Of a DNA stretch of 64,000 bases, positions 62,101-64,000 are shown one piece after another. The DNA is from Eledone cirrhosa. Its lineage: Eukaryota. Every line of letters starts with the position of its first letter. Positions within the stretch are counted from its first letter, which is position 1. The stretch covers positions 139,004,001 to 139,068,000 of the forward strand of contig OZ024743.1 in assembly GCA_964016885.1 (NCBI GenBank), given 5' to 3'. Below the pieces are notes generated by a model that saw only the letters and a list, made by a program, of their open reading frames with translations, was not told the origin of the DNA and ran no database searches. The translations under genes were made by a program, and so were the position numbers.

Positions 62101-64000
62101 TTGGTGCTTGGTGTTTGGTGATTGGTGCTTGGTGCTTGGTGCTTAGTGCTTGGTGTTTGGTGTTTGGTACTTGGTGTTTGGTGTTTGGTGTTTGATGCTT
62201 GGTTTTTGCTGCTTGGTGCTTGGTGCTTGGTGCTTGGTGTTCTGTGTTTGGTGCTTGGTGCTTGGTGCCTGGTGCTTGGTGCTTGGTGCTTGTTGTTTGG
62301 TGCTTGGTGCTTGGTTATTAGTCTTTGGTGCTTGGTGCTTGGTGTTTGGTGTTTCGTGCTTGGTGTCTAGTGTTTGGGTTTTGGTGTTTGGTGTTTGCTG
62401 TATGGTGTTTGCTGTTTCGTGTTTGGTGCTTCGTGCTTGGTGCTTGGTGTTTGGTGCATGGTGCTTGGTGTTTGAGGCTTGGTGCCTGGTGCTTTGTGTT
62501 TGGTGCTAGGTGCTTGGTGCTTGGTCTTTGGTGTTTGGTGCTTGGTGCTTGGTGCTTGGTGTTTGGTGCTTGGTGCTTGGTGCTTGGTTATTAGTGTTTG
62601 GTGCTTGGTGCTTGGGGTTTGGTGTTTGGTGCTTGGTGCTTGGTGTTTGGTGTTTGCTGTATGGTGTTTGCTGTTTCGTGTTTGGTGTTTGCTGTTTGGT
62701 GTTTAATGCTTGGTGCTTGGTGCTTGGTGTTTGGTGCTTGGTGCTTGGTGCTTGGTGCTTGGCGTTTGCTCTTTGCTGTTTGGTGTTTGGTGCTTGCTGT
62801 TTGGTGTTTGGTGTTTGGTGTTTGGTGCTTGCTGTTTGGTGCTTGGTGCTTGGTGTTTGGTGTTTGGTGTTTGGTGCTTGGTGCTTGGTGTTTGGTGCTT
62901 GGTGCTTGGTGCTGGGTGTTTGGTGCTTGTTGCTTGGTGTTTGGTGCTTGGTGCTTGATGCTTGGTGCTTGGTGTTTGGTCCTTGGTGCTTGGTGCTTGG
63001 TCTTTGGTGCTTGGGGTTTGGTGTTTGGTGCTTGGTGCTTGGTGTTTGGTGCTTGGTGCTTGGTGCTTGGTGTTTGGTGTTTGGTGCTTGCTGCTTGGTG
63101 CTTGGTGTTTGGTGCTTGGTGCTTGGTGATTAGTGTTTGGTGCATGGTGCTTGGTGTTTGTTGTTTGGTGCTTGGTGCTTGGTGTTTGTTGCTTGGTGCT
63201 TGCTGTTTGTTGGTGGTGTTTGGTGCTTGGTGCTTGGTGTTTGGTGTTTGGTGTTTGGTGTTTGGTGTTTGGTGTTTGGTGTTTGGTGTTTGGTGCTTGC
63301 TGTTTGGTGCTTGGTGCTTGGTGTTTGGTGTTTGGTGTTTGGTGCTTGGTGCTTGGTGTTTGGTGCTTGGTGCTTGGTGCTGGGTGTTTGGTGCTTGTTG
63401 CTTGGTGTTTGGTGCTTGGTGCTTGATGCTTGGTGCCTGGTGTTTGGTCCTTGGTGCTTGGTGCTTGGTCTTTGGTGCTTGGGGTTTGGTGTTTGGTGCT
63501 TGGTGCTTGGTGTTTGGTTTTTCGTGCTTGGTGCTTGGTGCTTGGTGTTTGGCGTTTGCTGTTTGCTGTTTGGTGTTTGGTGTTTGCTGTTTGGTGTTTG
63601 CTGTTTGGTGTTTGGTGCTTGGTGCTTGGTGGCTGGTGTTTGGTGCTTGGTGTTTGAATTTTGGTGCTTGGTGCTTGGTGCCTGGTGTTTCGTGCTTGGT
63701 GCTTGGTGCTTGGTGTTTGGTGTTTGGTGCTTGGTGTTTGGTATTTGGTGCTTGGTGCTTGGTGCTTGGTGTTTGGTGCTTGGTGCTTGGTGCTTGGTGT
63801 TTGATGCTGCGTGCTTGGTGTTTGGTGTTTGGTGCTTGATGCTTGGTGTTTGTTGTTTGGAGCTTGGTGCCTGGTGCTTGTTGTTTGGTGCCTCGTGCTT
63901 GTTGTTTGGTGTTTGGTGCTTGGTGCTTGGTGTTTGGTGCTTGGTGCTTGGTGCTTGGTGTTTGGTGCTTGGTGCTTGGTGTTTGGTGCTTGGTGCTTGG
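50150..64000 (+). repeat. Second satellite layer (variant subfamily) of the same heptamer with its own higher-order repeats
   Basis: Markers not seen upstream: TTGACGCTTGGCG (50275, 55031), GCGTGGGACTTAG (52051, 56765, 59131, 61770), GGTGGCTGG, GGATTTTGG/GAATTTTGG, GTCTGGAGT, CTAGGGGCTTAG. Block offsets are 4756/4714, 2366/2373, 2639 and 2800. Confidence 0.85.

Larger units (their letters stand above)
1..64000 (+). repeat. Heptamer tandem satellite array (TTGGTGY)n, about 9,150 units, single orientation, extending past both window ends
   Basis: TTGGTGC and TTGGTGT units run in tandem on every line. Other units mostly carry 1-2 substitutions (TTGCTGT, TTGTTGT, TTGGTAC, TTGATGC, TTCGTGC, TTGGGGC, TTAGTGT). 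The + strand is G/T-rich and nearly A-free throughout. Unit count = (64000 + about 60 one-base deletions)/7. Confidence 0.99.

Noticed and set aside
231-63145. Minus-strand ORFs (TKHQAPS/TKHQTPN repeats) resembling mucin-like or CTD-like heptad proteins
   Set aside because: The minus strand is nearly T-free, so stops are rare by composition. The 1-nt deletions shift frame freely, and the repeat does not match the RNA polymerase II YSPTSPS heptad.
10-63839. Hundreds of + strand ORFs up to 447 aa resembling membrane or Cys/Trp-rich proteins
   Set aside because: All three frames give the same 7-aa repeat, starts are mostly GTG/TTG inside repeat units, and stops are sporadic A variants. There is no unique domain or frame preference.
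1-64000. CRISPR array or other repeat-spacer system
   Set aside because: There are no unique spacers. Sequence between markers is the same heptamer, and there are no cas or other genes.
1-64000. Canonical telomere tract (TTAGGG, TTTAGGG, TTAGG)
   Set aside because: No tandem canonical motif is present, only isolated TTAGG within variant units. Kb-scale copied variant patterns are not expected from direct telomerase addition.
1-64000. Cyanobacterial STRR-type heptamer repeat (STRR2 TT[GT]GTCA is similar)
   Set aside because: The unit differs at two positions, and STRR tracts are short and lie among genes, unlike a gene-free 64-kb array.
1-64000. Pure sequencing or base-calling artefact
   Set aside because: Rare variants are reproduced exactly across kb-scale copies with nested, in-register indels, which random error would not produce. 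Individual block copy numbers could still be misassembled.

Overview
The whole 64,000-nt window is one uninterrupted head-to-tail array of a 7-bp unit, consensus TTGGTGY (TTGGTGC and TTGGTGT interleaved; reverse complement RCACCAA). It holds about 9,150 units, all in one orientation, and is open at both window edges. I see no unique sequence, gene, RNA gene, transposon or CRISPR array. Every listed ORF is a by-product of a stop-free heptamer (WCLV[LF]G[AV] on +, TKHQ[AT]P[SN] on -). The real structure is higher-order. The C/T pattern and rare variant units are copied as blocks at periods of about 70, 168, 258-300, 1650, 1980, 2366-2800, 3014-3503, 3950 and 5839-6726 bp. The 7-bp register shifts only at about 60 six-base units, which fall into a few motif families. 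A distinct variant layer begins near 50.15 kb. The best reading is a eukaryote-type satellite (heterochromatic, centromeric or telomere-associated) that grows by block duplication. Organism and function cannot be determined from this window, and I found no support for a novel gene-encoded system. Coordinates were read by eye and from ORF-track offsets, so block edges are approximate.
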